Assembly: GCA_029941115.1 (NCBI GenBank)
Contig: JAPYRK010000010.1
Span: 2,527 to 66,526 of the forward strand
Direction: 5' to 3'
Origin: Dehalococcoidia bacterium
GTDB taxonomy: Bacteria > Chloroflexota > Dehalococcoidia > UBA2979
Length of the DNA: 64,000 nucleotides
The notes beneath the pieces are model-generated. The model was given only the letters and a program-made list of their open reading frames with translations. It ran no database searches and was not told the origin of the DNA. Position 1 is the stretch's first letter. Each line of letters begins with the position of its first letter. Positions 54,806-64,000 of the stretch are shown piece after piece. The translations under genes and the position numbers were made by a program.

Positions 54806-56300
54806 ACAGTGATTCGATTACTGCATATCGCTTCAGTTTCCCTGATGCTGTCCTTGGGAGTGGATCCGAAGAAATCAACCAAATTCTAGGTACCTTATAG
54901 CCTGCAATGCGATCACGAAGATAGCTTGTGAGCTCCTCCTCAGTGACTATCGAATCGGCTTCCACCACAACAACTGATGCGATTTTTTTACCCCACTCAA
55001 CGTCATCTAATCCCACGACGGCTGCTTCAATCACACCTGGATAACGTTCCACGACCTGCTCGACTTCAGCTGGATGAACATTCTCGCCACCCGTTACTAT
55101 CAGATCGTCGGACCTCCCTTGGATAGTAAGAAATCCCGCGTCGTCACGAATTGCCAAATCCCCCGTATGTAGCCATCCTTTCCTAATCTTGTCACTGACA
55201 GAAGCATTCTCGTGCAGATAACCTGACGTTACCGTGGCACCTTTGACAAGAATTTGACCAGGTTTTCCGAGAGTAGGTTCCACTCCGTCACTGCTATCTA
55301 ACCGCACAGTAGCTGCCAAAAGAGGCAACCCAGCACTGCCGGCTCGCTCGAAAGCATTAGAAATCGGAACGGTCGTCACCTGTGATGTGACCTCTGTTAG
55401 ACCATACGTCTGTAAAAGTGGCAAGCCTCGTAATTGACCCTGCCTGATAAGTTCCGGTGTTGCGGGACCGCCTCCCAGCAGTACGGCTCGGATGGTATCT
55501 GGGTATCTTATTTTTGTTGGTTGTACCGATAAAATTCTCTCAAGCATTGTAGGCACGAGAGATAAGAGAGTTACGTCTCCTGAATTCAGAGCAATATTCA
55601 CGAGATTTTCGTCGAAACTTTCATGGGTGGTGACCGAGGTCCCATAAATAGCAGATCGCAACAGTATCGAAAGACCTCCCACATGAAAGAGTGGCATACA
55701 CGCGAGCCACAGATCATTATCTCTCACACCTATATTGGCTTCAGACGCAACGGCACTCCAGTAAAAGTTCCGATGGCTCAATACGGTTGCTTTTGGGTTT
55801 CCTGTTGTCCCAGACGTAAACACTATTGCAAGTGGATCAATAGGTAATAGCTCAGATCTCAGCCCTGATACAGGAGAGGAAGATTTCTCTCGCAACTCAG
55901 ATATCCGAATGAGCCGCACTTCGCATATTACTGCTAGTTCCTCCGCAATGACCTTATTACTCTCATCAAATAGCAAGTAGTCGACTTCAGCATGCTGAAG
56001 TTGCCATACCAATTCGTTAACTGTCAGTCGTGTATTTAATGGCAAAATCGGCCGTGATATTCGAATAGCTGAATGAAGGGCTATCGCAAAATCAACACCA
56101 CTCTTTGTTAAGCTCGCGATTGGTCTTGGATTCTTTTCGACAACAGAAAGTAGTCGCCCTGCCGCATGAGATACTTCAATTTCAAGTTGCTCGTAGCTCA
56201 GAGATTCATCTGAAGAACTAACCGCCGAAACCCCTGCATGGGTCTTGGATCGTAGAGCAATCCAATCTGGTAAAGCTACGCCTTGTGTGAGATTATCCAT
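54795..56300 (-). CDS. menE: o-succinylbenzoate-CoA ligase
   Basis: FTSGTTGNPK, YGLTE, TGD, GGENV; in men cluster. Confidence 0.93.
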   Translation of the reverse strand: MDNLTQGVALPDWIALRSKTHAGVSAVSSSDESLSYEQLEIEVSHAAGRLLSVVEKNPRPIASLTKSGVDFAIALHSAIRISRPILPLNTRLTVNELVWQLQHAEVDYLLFDESNKVIAEELAVICEVRLIRISELREKSSSPVSGLRSELLPIDPLAIVFTSGTTGNPKATVLSHRNFYWSAVASEANIGVRDNDLWLACMPLFHVGGLSILLRSAIYGTSVTTHESFDENLVNIALNSGDVTLLSLVPTMLERILSVQPTKIRYPDTIRAVLLGGGPATPELIRQGQLRGLPLLQTYGLTEVTSQVTTVPISNAFERAGSAGLPLLAATVRLDSSDGVEPTLGKPGQILVKGATVTSGYLHENASVSDKIRKGWLHTGDLAIRDDAGFLTIQGRSDDLIVTGGENVHPAEVEQVVERYPGVIEAAVVGLDDVEWGKKIASVVVVEADSIVTEEELTSYLRDRIAGYKVPRIWLISSDPLPRTASGKLKRYAVIESLFNF

Positions 56301-57396
56301 ATATTATCTCTTGCCACGGAGCCGTTGCGACCGTCTCTAACATATCAACATCAGGAGAGATGCCAAGTCCAAGTCCCTTAGGAATCTGAATTTCCCCATT
56401 TATCGGGAGAGGCGTTATGGCAACATCATCAAGCATCTGTTCACCAGTGCTCAAACCATGCGCAGCCTGCCATGGCAATGATGCCGCTGCATGGATTGCC
56501 ATTGAAACACCAATTGCCGAATCAAATGTTGTAGTTACGTAGCTGTCAATCTCGTATTTACTTGCCCACTCCGCCAAACCAACCGTCTCACGAATCCCGC
56601 CGATTAACATCGGTTTCAATACCAATATATCAACTGCGCGAGCTCTCACGATCTGATTAGTTCTCTCAGAATTTCTATAAATAGCCTCGTCCGCAGCGAT
56701 AGGAATTGAACTGATGGTATGCACCTCCGCAAGGCTTTCTAAATCGTCCGGATCGGTTGGTTGCTCTATCAGCTCAATATCATACGGAAGAAGCTTTTTG
56801 ACCGCGGTCTTGGCTGTTTCCAATGACCAAGCACCGTTTACATCTAACCGTAATTTTGTATCGGGGCACACAGCTCGTATCTGACGAATCGTCTCAATAT
56901 CCTCGTCCAGCGACTTCAAGCCAATCTTGAGTTTCAAAGTTGAATATCCAGAACTGACCAAATCGGCTGCGTGCGTGAGTGTCCGATCCAAAGTTGAATC
57001 AGCTAATAATCCATTCGTACTAATCGCAAAACGAGAGTGTGCTGGTCTCTCTAGGTGCAACGGTAAATCAAATTTGCGAGCCTCAGCATCCAGGAGTGCC
57101 ATTTTGCATGCATTCCACGCCAACAAGGAACCTTTGCTCGAAAAATCAAACATGCTCAATCCAAAATTTTCGCTGTCTAGACAGTTAAACTGCCTACTCA
57201 CATCGGCAAAGGCAGCGCCCCCCGTATATTCGGGTATTGGATTAACTTCACCGAATCCTTCGAAGCCCTCAGAATCCGAAATACTTACCAAAATACCTGC
57301 CCGAGACTTTATAGCTCCCCATGAGCTCTCAAATAACTCAGACAGATGTAGCTCGAACGGACGCCACCGCAGTTTTCTGACTTGAATTTGCTTCAC
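56293..57396 (-). CDS. menC: o-succinylbenzoate synthase
   Basis: KLK, RLDVNG, IEQP, AADE, LKP enolase-superfamily motifs. Confidence 0.92.
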   Translation of the reverse strand: MKQIQVRKLRWRPFELHLSELFESSWGAIKSRAGILVSISDSEGFEGFGEVNPIPEYTGGAAFADVSRQFNCLDSENFGLSMFDFSSKGSLLAWNACKMALLDAEARKFDLPLHLERPAHSRFAISTNGLLADSTLDRTLTHAADLVSSGYSTLKLKIGLKSLDEDIETIRQIRAVCPDTKLRLDVNGAWSLETAKTAVKKLLPYDIELIEQPTDPDDLESLAEVHTISSIPIAADEAIYRNSERTNQIVRARAVDILVLKPMLIGGIRETVGLAEWASKYEIDSYVTTTFDSAIGVSMAIHAAASLPWQAAHGLSTGEQMLDDVAITPLPINGEIQIPKGLGLGISPDVDMLETVATAPWQEIIYG

Positions 57397-58319
57397 ATGT
57401 AAATCCCAAATGATAGTAGAACTCCGAGTCCCAAATGCAAACGTGCGGTTGAACGTAACGCCACGTTGAACGTCGGTCCAGGTTCATCACGCAAGACAGT
57501 ACGCACTGGTGAAAGAATGAATGGAAAAGAAAGCCATACTACAAGTAACCACCAGCTCAGATCCGCAAAGAATGCTGGAAGTAACGTTGGAATCAAGTAG
57601 GCAATGAACAACATCATTAAGTACAGATAACGACTCACTTTTGAACCTAAGATAACAGCCAACGTCCGTTTACCCACTGCTCGATCTAAATCTAAATCTC
57701 TGACATTGTTAACGACCAGTATCGCCGTAACAGTCATTCCTACTGGCACAGATAGTAAAAAAACTTCGCTATTAATAGAACCTGTCTGTACAAAAAAAGT
57801 ACCCGATACTGCGATAACACCAAAAAATATAAATACAAACACTTCGCCCAAACCACGATACCCATATGGCCACGGGCCACCAACATACGTGACACCAGCA
57901 ATAATCCCAGCCAGCCCTATCACTAATACAATCCATCCCGCACTGATTATCAGATATATCCCGGGAACGGCAGCCAAGATGAAGATAAATATCACGGCGC
58001 GAAATAGTTGTTTTTCAGTTAGTAATCCACTCGCAGCAGCACGGATAGGACCTAATCTTTCTGGACCGTCAGCACCTCGTCTGTAATCCGAAAGATCATT
58101 TGCAAAATTTGCTGCGATTTGGAGAAGTAAAGCTCCTAGCAACGCCGCGAGTGCGGGTAACAAATTGAATTCATATCCGACTAACCCAGAAGCTGCGGCC
58201 CAACCCACAATAACCGGACTCAGAGCGGCAGTGAGTGTTTGAGGGCGTGCAGCAAGTAAGTAAGCTCGGGCACGGCCCTGGCGCGAAGACTCTCCACCCT
58301 GTTTAGAATCGGTACTCAT
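57393..58319 (-). CDS. menA: 1,4-dihydroxy-2-naphthoate prenyltransferase
   Basis: RPQTL, NFANDLSD..RGAD, NNVRD...D...GKRTL. Confidence 0.95.
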   Translation of the reverse strand: MSTDSKQGGESSRQGRARAYLLAARPQTLTAALSPVIVGWAAASGLVGYEFNLLPALAALLGALLLQIAANFANDLSDYRRGADGPERLGPIRAAASGLLTEKQLFRAVIFIFILAAVPGIYLIISAGWIVLVIGLAGIIAGVTYVGGPWPYGYRGLGEVFVFIFFGVIAVSGTFFVQTGSINSEVFLLSVPVGMTVTAILVVNNVRDLDLDRAVGKRTLAVILGSKVSRYLYLMMLFIAYLIPTLLPAFFADLSWWLLVVWLSFPFILSPVRTVLRDEPGPTFNVALRSTARLHLGLGVLLSFGIYM

Positions 58320-58342
58320 AAATCGTTGACTACTTCAGATAT

Positions 58343-59173
58343 TCAGCCATGAAATGGGAGTCTTGTAAATTTCTTAAAATCAGGCTTTCTCTTTGATTCG
58401 AGAAATGCGTTTCGCCCCTCTTTTGCTTCGTCGCTGGTGTAATACATCATCGTGAGATCTCCGGCTAGAATCTGGAGCCCCGTAACACCATCAGTGTCAG
58501 CGTGAAATGCATTTTTCAGAAAACGGATAGCGGTTGGAGATTTCTCATTAATCTCGCGTGCCCAGTTCACCCCTTCTTCTTCCAGCTGATCCAATGGCAC
58601 AACCGTATTCACAAGTCCCATTTCCAGAGCCTCTTGGGCATCATACTGCCTGCACAAAAACCATATTTCCTTGGCTTTTTTGGTTCCGACTTCGCGAGCA
58701 AGTAAACTCGAACCGTATCCCGCATCGAACGACCCTACCCTGGGTCCAGTCTGCCCAAAACGGGCATTTTCAGCGGCTATCGTCATATCACATACTACGT
58801 GCAAAACATGACCACCCCCTATCGCGTATCCCGCGACTAATGCAATCACTGGTTTTGGCATTTCGCGAATAAATCGCTGTAGCGGCAAAACATTCAATCG
58901 AGGTCCTTCATCATCCTCATAGCCGGCATGACCACGTACCCGTTGATCACCGCCCGCACAGAAGGAACGACCACCCGCTCCGGTAAATAGTACGACGCCA
59001 ACTTCATCATCCTTCGCAGCATCAAAAAAAGCTTCGCTAAGCTCATCAAGAGTCTGCGGTCTAAATGAATTGTGTATCTCTGGTCTATTAATTGTGATGC
59101 GTGCTATTCCTTCAGCCTTGTCATAAAGGATGTCCTCGTATTCTTTTACTGACTCCCAGTTGATGCTACTCAT
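58343..59173 (-). CDS. menB: 1,4-dihydroxy-2-naphthoyl-CoA synthase
   Basis: [29 protein letters not shown]. Confidence 0.98.
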   Translation of the reverse strand: MSSINWESVKEYEDILYDKAEGIARITINRPEIHNSFRPQTLDELSEAFFDAAKDDEVGVVLFTGAGGRSFCAGGDQRVRGHAGYEDDEGPRLNVLPLQRFIREMPKPVIALVAGYAIGGGHVLHVVCDMTIAAENARFGQTGPRVGSFDAGYGSSLLAREVGTKKAKEIWFLCRQYDAQEALEMGLVNTVVPLDQLEEEGVNWAREINEKSPTAIRFLKNAFHADTDGVTGLQILAGDLTMMYYTSDEAKEGRNAFLESKRKPDFKKFTRLPFHG

Positions 59174-59208
59174 TATTCCTCCAGTTCAATTCAGTGTGCT
59201 CGCTTCTT

Positions 59209-60036
59209 CTAGAGATTTCCACGATGCTGCAACAAAAAATCCTTAATCACTTTGTGAACTTGTTCCGGCCTTTCGATATGTGCTGCGTGGCCCGCATCGG
59301 CAATGAGTTCTATCTGACTGTCCGGAATCTGCTCACCCATTTCTCTAGCTATTTGACTATATTTATCATCTAGGCTACCCGCGATCAACAACACTGGCAC
59401 CCCAATACTTTTCAGGTCTTCGCCTAGCCATGATTGAGCACCAGTTCCCATTCCGCGCAGAGAATTCGCAAGTCCAATTTCTCGCTGCGCCAATCGCTGA
59501 GCGCGAAGAGCTGTCTGTGAAGATTCTGATAAATTACTCTCTTGTGACTTCCACAATGACATCGATTCCCAATGGCCTACAAATGCCTCAATACCGTCTT
59601 CAATAAGTAACTGAGCCAAAGTTTCGTCAGACTGTCTTCGTAAATTTCTCTCTTTGCAAGTTGGAATTCCAGGGCTTGCACCCTCAAGAATTAGCCCGGA
59701 GACAATATCTGGATGCCGCTTCCATACCTGCAACGCTGTTCGTCCGCCCAACGAGTATCCAAGCCACACCGCTTTTTCAATCCCCATCGACCGCACAGCT
59801 GAGACAAGATCATCAACTGCATTATCCATACGATAGTGGTCGATCTCCGATGGAGATCCCGATCGGCTGTGCCCGATAAGATCAAATGACAACGTACAAA
59901 AATTATCCTGAAGTTCACGAACCAGATCTAGCCATGTTGTTCTCGATCCCGTAAATCCATGAAGCATTACCACCGGGGGGCCAAATCCGTAGCGATCGTA
60001 ATAAAGAGCCAGTCCGTTAACCTCTGCATATGTCAT
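59209..60036 (-). CDS. menH: SHCHC synthase (alpha/beta hydrolase)
   Basis: LHGFTGS, GYSLGGR, GMGTGAQ, D.KY, AGHAAHIE. Confidence 0.93.
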   Translation of the reverse strand: MTYAEVNGLALYYDRYGFGPPVVMLHGFTGSRTTWLDLVRELQDNFCTLSFDLIGHSRSGSPSEIDHYRMDNAVDDLVSAVRSMGIEKAVWLGYSLGGRTALQVWKRHPDIVSGLILEGASPGIPTCKERNLRRQSDETLAQLLIEDGIEAFVGHWESMSLWKSQESNLSESSQTALRAQRLAQREIGLANSLRGMGTGAQSWLGEDLKSIGVPVLLIAGSLDDKYSQIAREMGEQIPDSQIELIADAGHAAHIERPEQVHKVIKDFLLQHRGNL

Positions 60037-60065
60037 AGTTAAATATTAAATACTCCGACCACTAT

Positions 60066-61862
60066 TTATTCCTTCTCTATCACGGAAACTATGTCTGTAG
60101 CCTCTCGCCAATATTGCCTGTGCATCGCCAAATTCTCAGATCTGTCCGTCTTAATCTCAAGAACAGCGAATCCTGGTTCCGCAAGTAGCTGAAATAGAGC
60201 TTCGTGCATGTTTTCATCTACTTCTAGCGCTTTATATTTTCCACGAAATGCCTCTACTAACGCTTCTAGCTTTACGTTATGTGGTGCACCCCACCACTCC
60301 TCAAAGTCATCACTCGCTATCAATGACTGCTGCGGCAAAAACGAGAAAATTCCTCCACCAGTATTATTAATAAGGACGATTTTTAAATTGAGATTATAAC
60401 GATACGCAGCCCACATCCCGTTCGTATCATGAATAAATGAAAGATCGCCCACCACCAGAATTGTAGTAGTGCCGGTGGCGGCGGTCCCCGCCCCCGCAGA
60501 CACTACACCATCAATTCCACTTACTCCTCGAGTGCCATAAATTCTGCTAGCGATATTATTGGTTGAAATAAAAGAATCTGCATCCCGAACCGGCATGCTA
60601 TTTCCAAGTATTAGAGCAATTTTGGTATCTAATCCTTCGCTCAGAGCAACAAATACGCTCCCCTCGAAACGATTACCAAAATCCTCATAAAACTGCTTCG
60701 AATATTGTTGAAGACGAGCATTGTTACGACGCCAATCATTCAAATAATCTGTTGTTGTGGGGTTGGTGTCGGACAGTTTATGTCTCACTGCATCAGCAAA
60801 CAGCTTCGGAGTACATCTATATACTTCAGCGGTGCCACCCTCATCTCGAAAGCCCGCGTAAGCTGGAGATGCCTGATCAATTACTATCTGATCAGCGTCA
60901 GAATTTGTCAGCCAGTCGTTCAAAACTTTTGATGTTGGGATCGCCCCAAACCTGATTACAACCTCGGGCTTCATCTGCTCCGCAAACCTCGACACGCGGA
61001 GCAACGTGTCTGCCGTCGTTATCAGATTACTAAAATCATACGGCCCCCATCGTAGATTACTCATCGGGTCGGCCACGATGGGCCAGTTTAACAATTGAGC
61101 TAATTCGAAAATTCCTACTGAAGACAAGTCTACTGTCTCAGGACCACAAACTATGACGCCTCGCTCAGTACTGCGAAGACGATCAAGAATGAGTTCGATT
61201 TGATAGTCATCTGGTTGTATCTGTGGCGCCTCGACAAATGTAGACTCCACTACCACCGACGAGCTGGAGTTCGATACAGCGCCAGAGATTAATGGCTCAC
61301 GAAACGGTATGTTGATATGCACCGGACCACTGGGTGAATCAATCGCCACTCCCACCGAACGGCGAGCAGCTGCAGTCGAAAATTTGGTTACTCTTCCCAA
61401 TACTGACGCGTCAACCATAGGTAATTGCACATCCCACTTTACGTGATCGCCGAATATGCCTATCTGCTTAGCGGTTTGATTCGCGCCGACCTCTTGCAAC
61501 TCCGGGGGTCTGTCAGCTGTTAAAAAAATCAGAGGAACTCTAGAAATTCGCGCCTCCATAGCCGCGGGAAGTAGATTAGCGACAGCACTGCCGGAGGTCA
61601 CACATACTGCAACTGGACGATTACTGGTACGAGCAATTCCTAGAGCAAAATAGCCAGCTGATCGCTCGTCGATGTGTCGCCATAGCTTCAACCGCTCCTC
61701 TTGACCGCGCACTTTCTTATTCGCGTTGAGCAAGCTAACCGTAACAGGAGTGTTGCGGCTACCAGGGCAAACAACGAAATCGCGCACCCCAGCTTTGATT
61801 AACTCCTCAATAAAAGCATCAATCATTCTTTCGTGGGGTAAGATTGACTGATCAACGTCCAT
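60066..61862 (-). CDS. menD: SEPHCHC synthase
   Basis: CPGSRNTP, DERSAGYFALG, TSGSAVAN, TADRP, RGVSGIDG, GDLSF.HD, NNTGGGIF. Confidence 0.96.
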   Translation of the reverse strand: MDVDQSILPHERMIDAFIEELIKAGVRDFVVCPGSRNTPVTVSLLNANKKVRGQEERLKLWRHIDERSAGYFALGIARTSNRPVAVCVTSGSAVANLLPAAMEARISRVPLIFLTADRPPELQEVGANQTAKQIGIFGDHVKWDVQLPMVDASVLGRVTKFSTAAARRSVGVAIDSPSGPVHINIPFREPLISGAVSNSSSSVVVESTFVEAPQIQPDDYQIELILDRLRSTERGVIVCGPETVDLSSVGIFELAQLLNWPIVADPMSNLRWGPYDFSNLITTADTLLRVSRFAEQMKPEVVIRFGAIPTSKVLNDWLTNSDADQIVIDQASPAYAGFRDEGGTAEVYRCTPKLFADAVRHKLSDTNPTTTDYLNDWRRNNARLQQYSKQFYEDFGNRFEGSVFVALSEGLDTKIALILGNSMPVRDADSFISTNNIASRIYGTRGVSGIDGVVSAGAGTAATGTTTILVVGDLSFIHDTNGMWAAYRYNLNLKIVLINNTGGGIFSFLPQQSLIASDDFEEWWGAPHNVKLEALVEAFRGKYKALEVDENMHEALFQLLAEPGFAVLEIKTDRSENLAMHRQYWREATDIVSVIEKE

Positions 61863-63255
61863 CCTGAGCCCCCACCAAAGCGTCACTGAGCGGCTTAAAT
61901 TTTAGGCGTACCTCTTCTAGTTCAACTTCGGGCTTCGACTGGGCCACAATACCGTTTCCCGCAAATAACCAAGCTTTACCGTCCTCTACAAGAGCCGAGC
62001 GAAGCGCTACAGCAAATTCTCCCTCGCCTCGGGCATTCATCCATCCTACCGGTGACGCATACCAGCCACGATCAAACTGTTCGTGTTCTCCAATCACACC
62101 CCACGCAATTTCTCTCGGTGCCCCGCACACAGCCGGGGTGGGATGAAGTACCTCAACTAATTTCAATAAGTTAGATTCATTTCCGGCCTGAGCTGTAATT
62201 CCTGTCGACAGGTGTTGAATATTATTTAAACGCCGAAGTCGAGTCTGTTCCACTGACACAGAGTTCGTAATTGCTCTTAAGCGATCCGAAATTTCCGCGA
62301 TGACTTCATCGTGTTCAGCGATATCTTTGTGAGAACGTGTCAATATTAGTGCCTTCTCCGTGTCCGTCGATCTGTCCATTCCACGACCTATTGAGCCTGC
62401 CAAGGCTAATGATTTAACGATATTTTCATCAAGAGAAACAAGTAATTCCGGAGTGGCGCCTACGAATGAAATTGTCCCTTCCCCATCTCTGGGAATTGAA
62501 AAACAAAACAGAAAACATTCAGGATATGACCTGCGTAGCGATCCTAAAACCGATGCTATTTTAAATTTTCCTGTCAGTGTCTTTCGTGCAGCCAATACAA
62601 CTTTTCTATATTGATTTTTCCGAACTCCTTTTGAAATAGTCTTAACAGAACTTCCCCATGCCTCTCCATCTATGTCAGTAGTCACCACTGTCATCAATTT
62701 AGAATTATCACTGCAACCCGAGGCTTCGAGTTTTTGCAACTGAGTGAGAATAGAGATCGCCTCGAAAGATGACACCTCGGGAGATATTGTCAGAAATGTA
62801 ATCGTTTCATCTGAATGTTTGTTCAACAGACGTTTTGTCAAAAGAATCTTTGGAAGAATCATATGGCCGTATCCAAAATTCTCCCAGATCTCATCGGGTT
62901 TAGTATTCTTATTAAACCTAAATCCACCCAATACAGTCGGTTCAGTTATTGTCGAGATTTCCTGGGCGGGTCTGACTACAGTGCCTGAAAGTGCATGGCG
63001 CACCCGATCATGTAATGATGATATTTCTTCTCCGCTAGCGAGCTCGAATATTTTATTGACACCTATTCCACACAAGGCAAATTGTTCACTAGCTTTTTCA
63101 AAATATGAAAAGTGACTATCAATCAGATCTTTCCCGTCTAAAAGGGTCTCAATCTTGAATGTTGTGGGCATGACATATTGACGAAAACAGTCTTCGGGAG
63201 CCGATGAATTTATAACATCAGAAAAATTCACAGTTATCACACTCATTCCCGACAA
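61852..63255 (-). CDS. menF: isochorismate synthase
   Basis: KVVLA, GATPELL, ALAGS, LHPTPAVCG, FDRGWY, AVALRS, AGNGIV. Confidence 0.92.
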   Translation of the reverse strand: MSGMSVITVNFSDVINSSAPEDCFRQYVMPTTFKIETLLDGKDLIDSHFSYFEKASEQFALCGIGVNKIFELASGEEISSLHDRVRHALSGTVVRPAQEISTITEPTVLGGFRFNKNTKPDEIWENFGYGHMILPKILLTKRLLNKHSDETITFLTISPEVSSFEAISILTQLQKLEASGCSDNSKLMTVVTTDIDGEAWGSSVKTISKGVRKNQYRKVVLAARKTLTGKFKIASVLGSLRRSYPECFLFCFSIPRDGEGTISFVGATPELLVSLDENIVKSLALAGSIGRGMDRSTDTEKALILTRSHKDIAEHDEVIAEISDRLRAITNSVSVEQTRLRRLNNIQHLSTGITAQAGNESNLLKLVEVLHPTPAVCGAPREIAWGVIGEHEQFDRGWYASPVGWMNARGEGEFAVALRSALVEDGKAWLFAGNGIVAQSKPEVELEEVRLKFKPLSDALVGAQDGR

Positions 63256-63424
63256 ACTCTATTTGGTCTAAAAGCCAGCAACTTATTCAAGTCTACCTCA
63301 GCAAGGGTTGTAGCTCCCATCATCTCTATTACACTGCCCTCATAGAAATAAAATTAAGGATTAAATATTGAGTTCGCAACACTCACGGTCGAGCCAAATC
63401 GAGGATATAAACGGACTCAAGGGT

Positions 63425-64000
63425 GTGAATCCAACGGTTATTGAAAACCGACTTCGCCAGTATGAACAGCTGGGCATTCATCGAACTGGACTGCCCGGAG
63501 ATGATGCCACTACCGAATGGCTCGCCTCAGAGCTCTCTAACTTGGGCATCGAACCAATAGTTCAATCCTATACATTTCCACGATTCGAATATAAAACAGC
63601 GGAATTGCGTGCTGATGATATTCACGTCACAGGTATACCAATGTTTGATGGCGGCGTAACCGGCCCTAGGGGAGTCGAGGGAGAACTTGCGGATGATTCC
63701 GAAGAAGACCTCTTCGGCAAAATAGTTATAGCAAATTCAGCTATTCGGAAGGATATGCGTTGGATGGAGCCGCATGCCAAAAGGCATTATGAGAGTATTG
63801 CCCAAAGAGGTGCCCTTGGCGTCATTGTTCCGACAGGAGATCCTGACGGAAAAATTGTACTGCGAAACGCTGAATCGATTCGCGAGCCATTTCAACTACC
63901 CGTCCTTCAAGTCGAACCTGACCACATCAAACAATTACGATCGCAACTCATTATTGGCGGATCAGCATTACTAAAGATTGACGGGAATCGACTCTCATCC
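63425..64000 (+). CDS. putative M28-family peptidase with PA domain, 5' part (runs off the window)
   Basis: open frame from GTG 63425: MNPTVIENRLRQYEQLGIHRTGLPGDDATTEWLASEL...GALGVIV; missing from the ORF track because it has no stop in the window. Confidence 0.6.
   Translation, partial: MNPTVIENRLRQYEQLGIHRTGLPGDDATTEWLASELSNLGIEPIVQSYTFPRFEYKTAELRADDIHVTGIPMFDGGVTGPRGVEGELADDSEEDLFGKIVIANSAIRKDMRWMEPHAKRHYESIAQRGALGVIVPTGDPDGKIVLRNAESIREPFQLPVLQVEPDHIKQLRSQLIIGGSALLKIDGNRLSS

Noticed and set aside
764-63974. Numerous 60-220 aa ORFs antisense to or out of frame within assigned genes (e.g. 10632-11282, 20948-21529, 36457-36933, 56927-57385, 63774-63974)
   Set aside because: They lie within well-supported genes and carry no motifs; treated as shadow ORFs

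Overview
A gene-dense chromosomal window with no mobile elements or CRISPR array. Gene content (cdaA-cdaR-der-plsY-gpsA, mutS2, several P450/MaoC/SDR paralogs, classical men cluster) suggests a Chloroflexota (Dehalococcoidia/SAR202-like) genome; this is an inference. In order it holds: a nuo operon (A-C-D-H-J-K-small ORF-L-M') lacking nuoB and nuoI; a DUF35/thiolase/PhyH/PHP/MaoC/MaoC/SDR/SDR acyl-CoA catabolic cluster; housekeeping genes (gpsA, plsY, der, cdaAR, argF, rph); DUF1015-aminotransferase-serA-selA; mutS2; two tRNAs; three P450s; an ABC1 kinase; two unannotated paralogous micro-ORFs with a promoter/operator, RNA hairpins and a TetR gene; an FAD/Fe-S oxidoreductase; uvrA; a PHP-MaoC fusion apparently starting at ATT; and menFDHBACE. 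The most novel-looking items are the microprotein/TetR module (40583-41729), the Fe-S-free nuo operon, the repeated PHP+MaoC association and the peroxisome-like catabolic cluster. All family assignments come from motif recognition by eye; no database searches were run.
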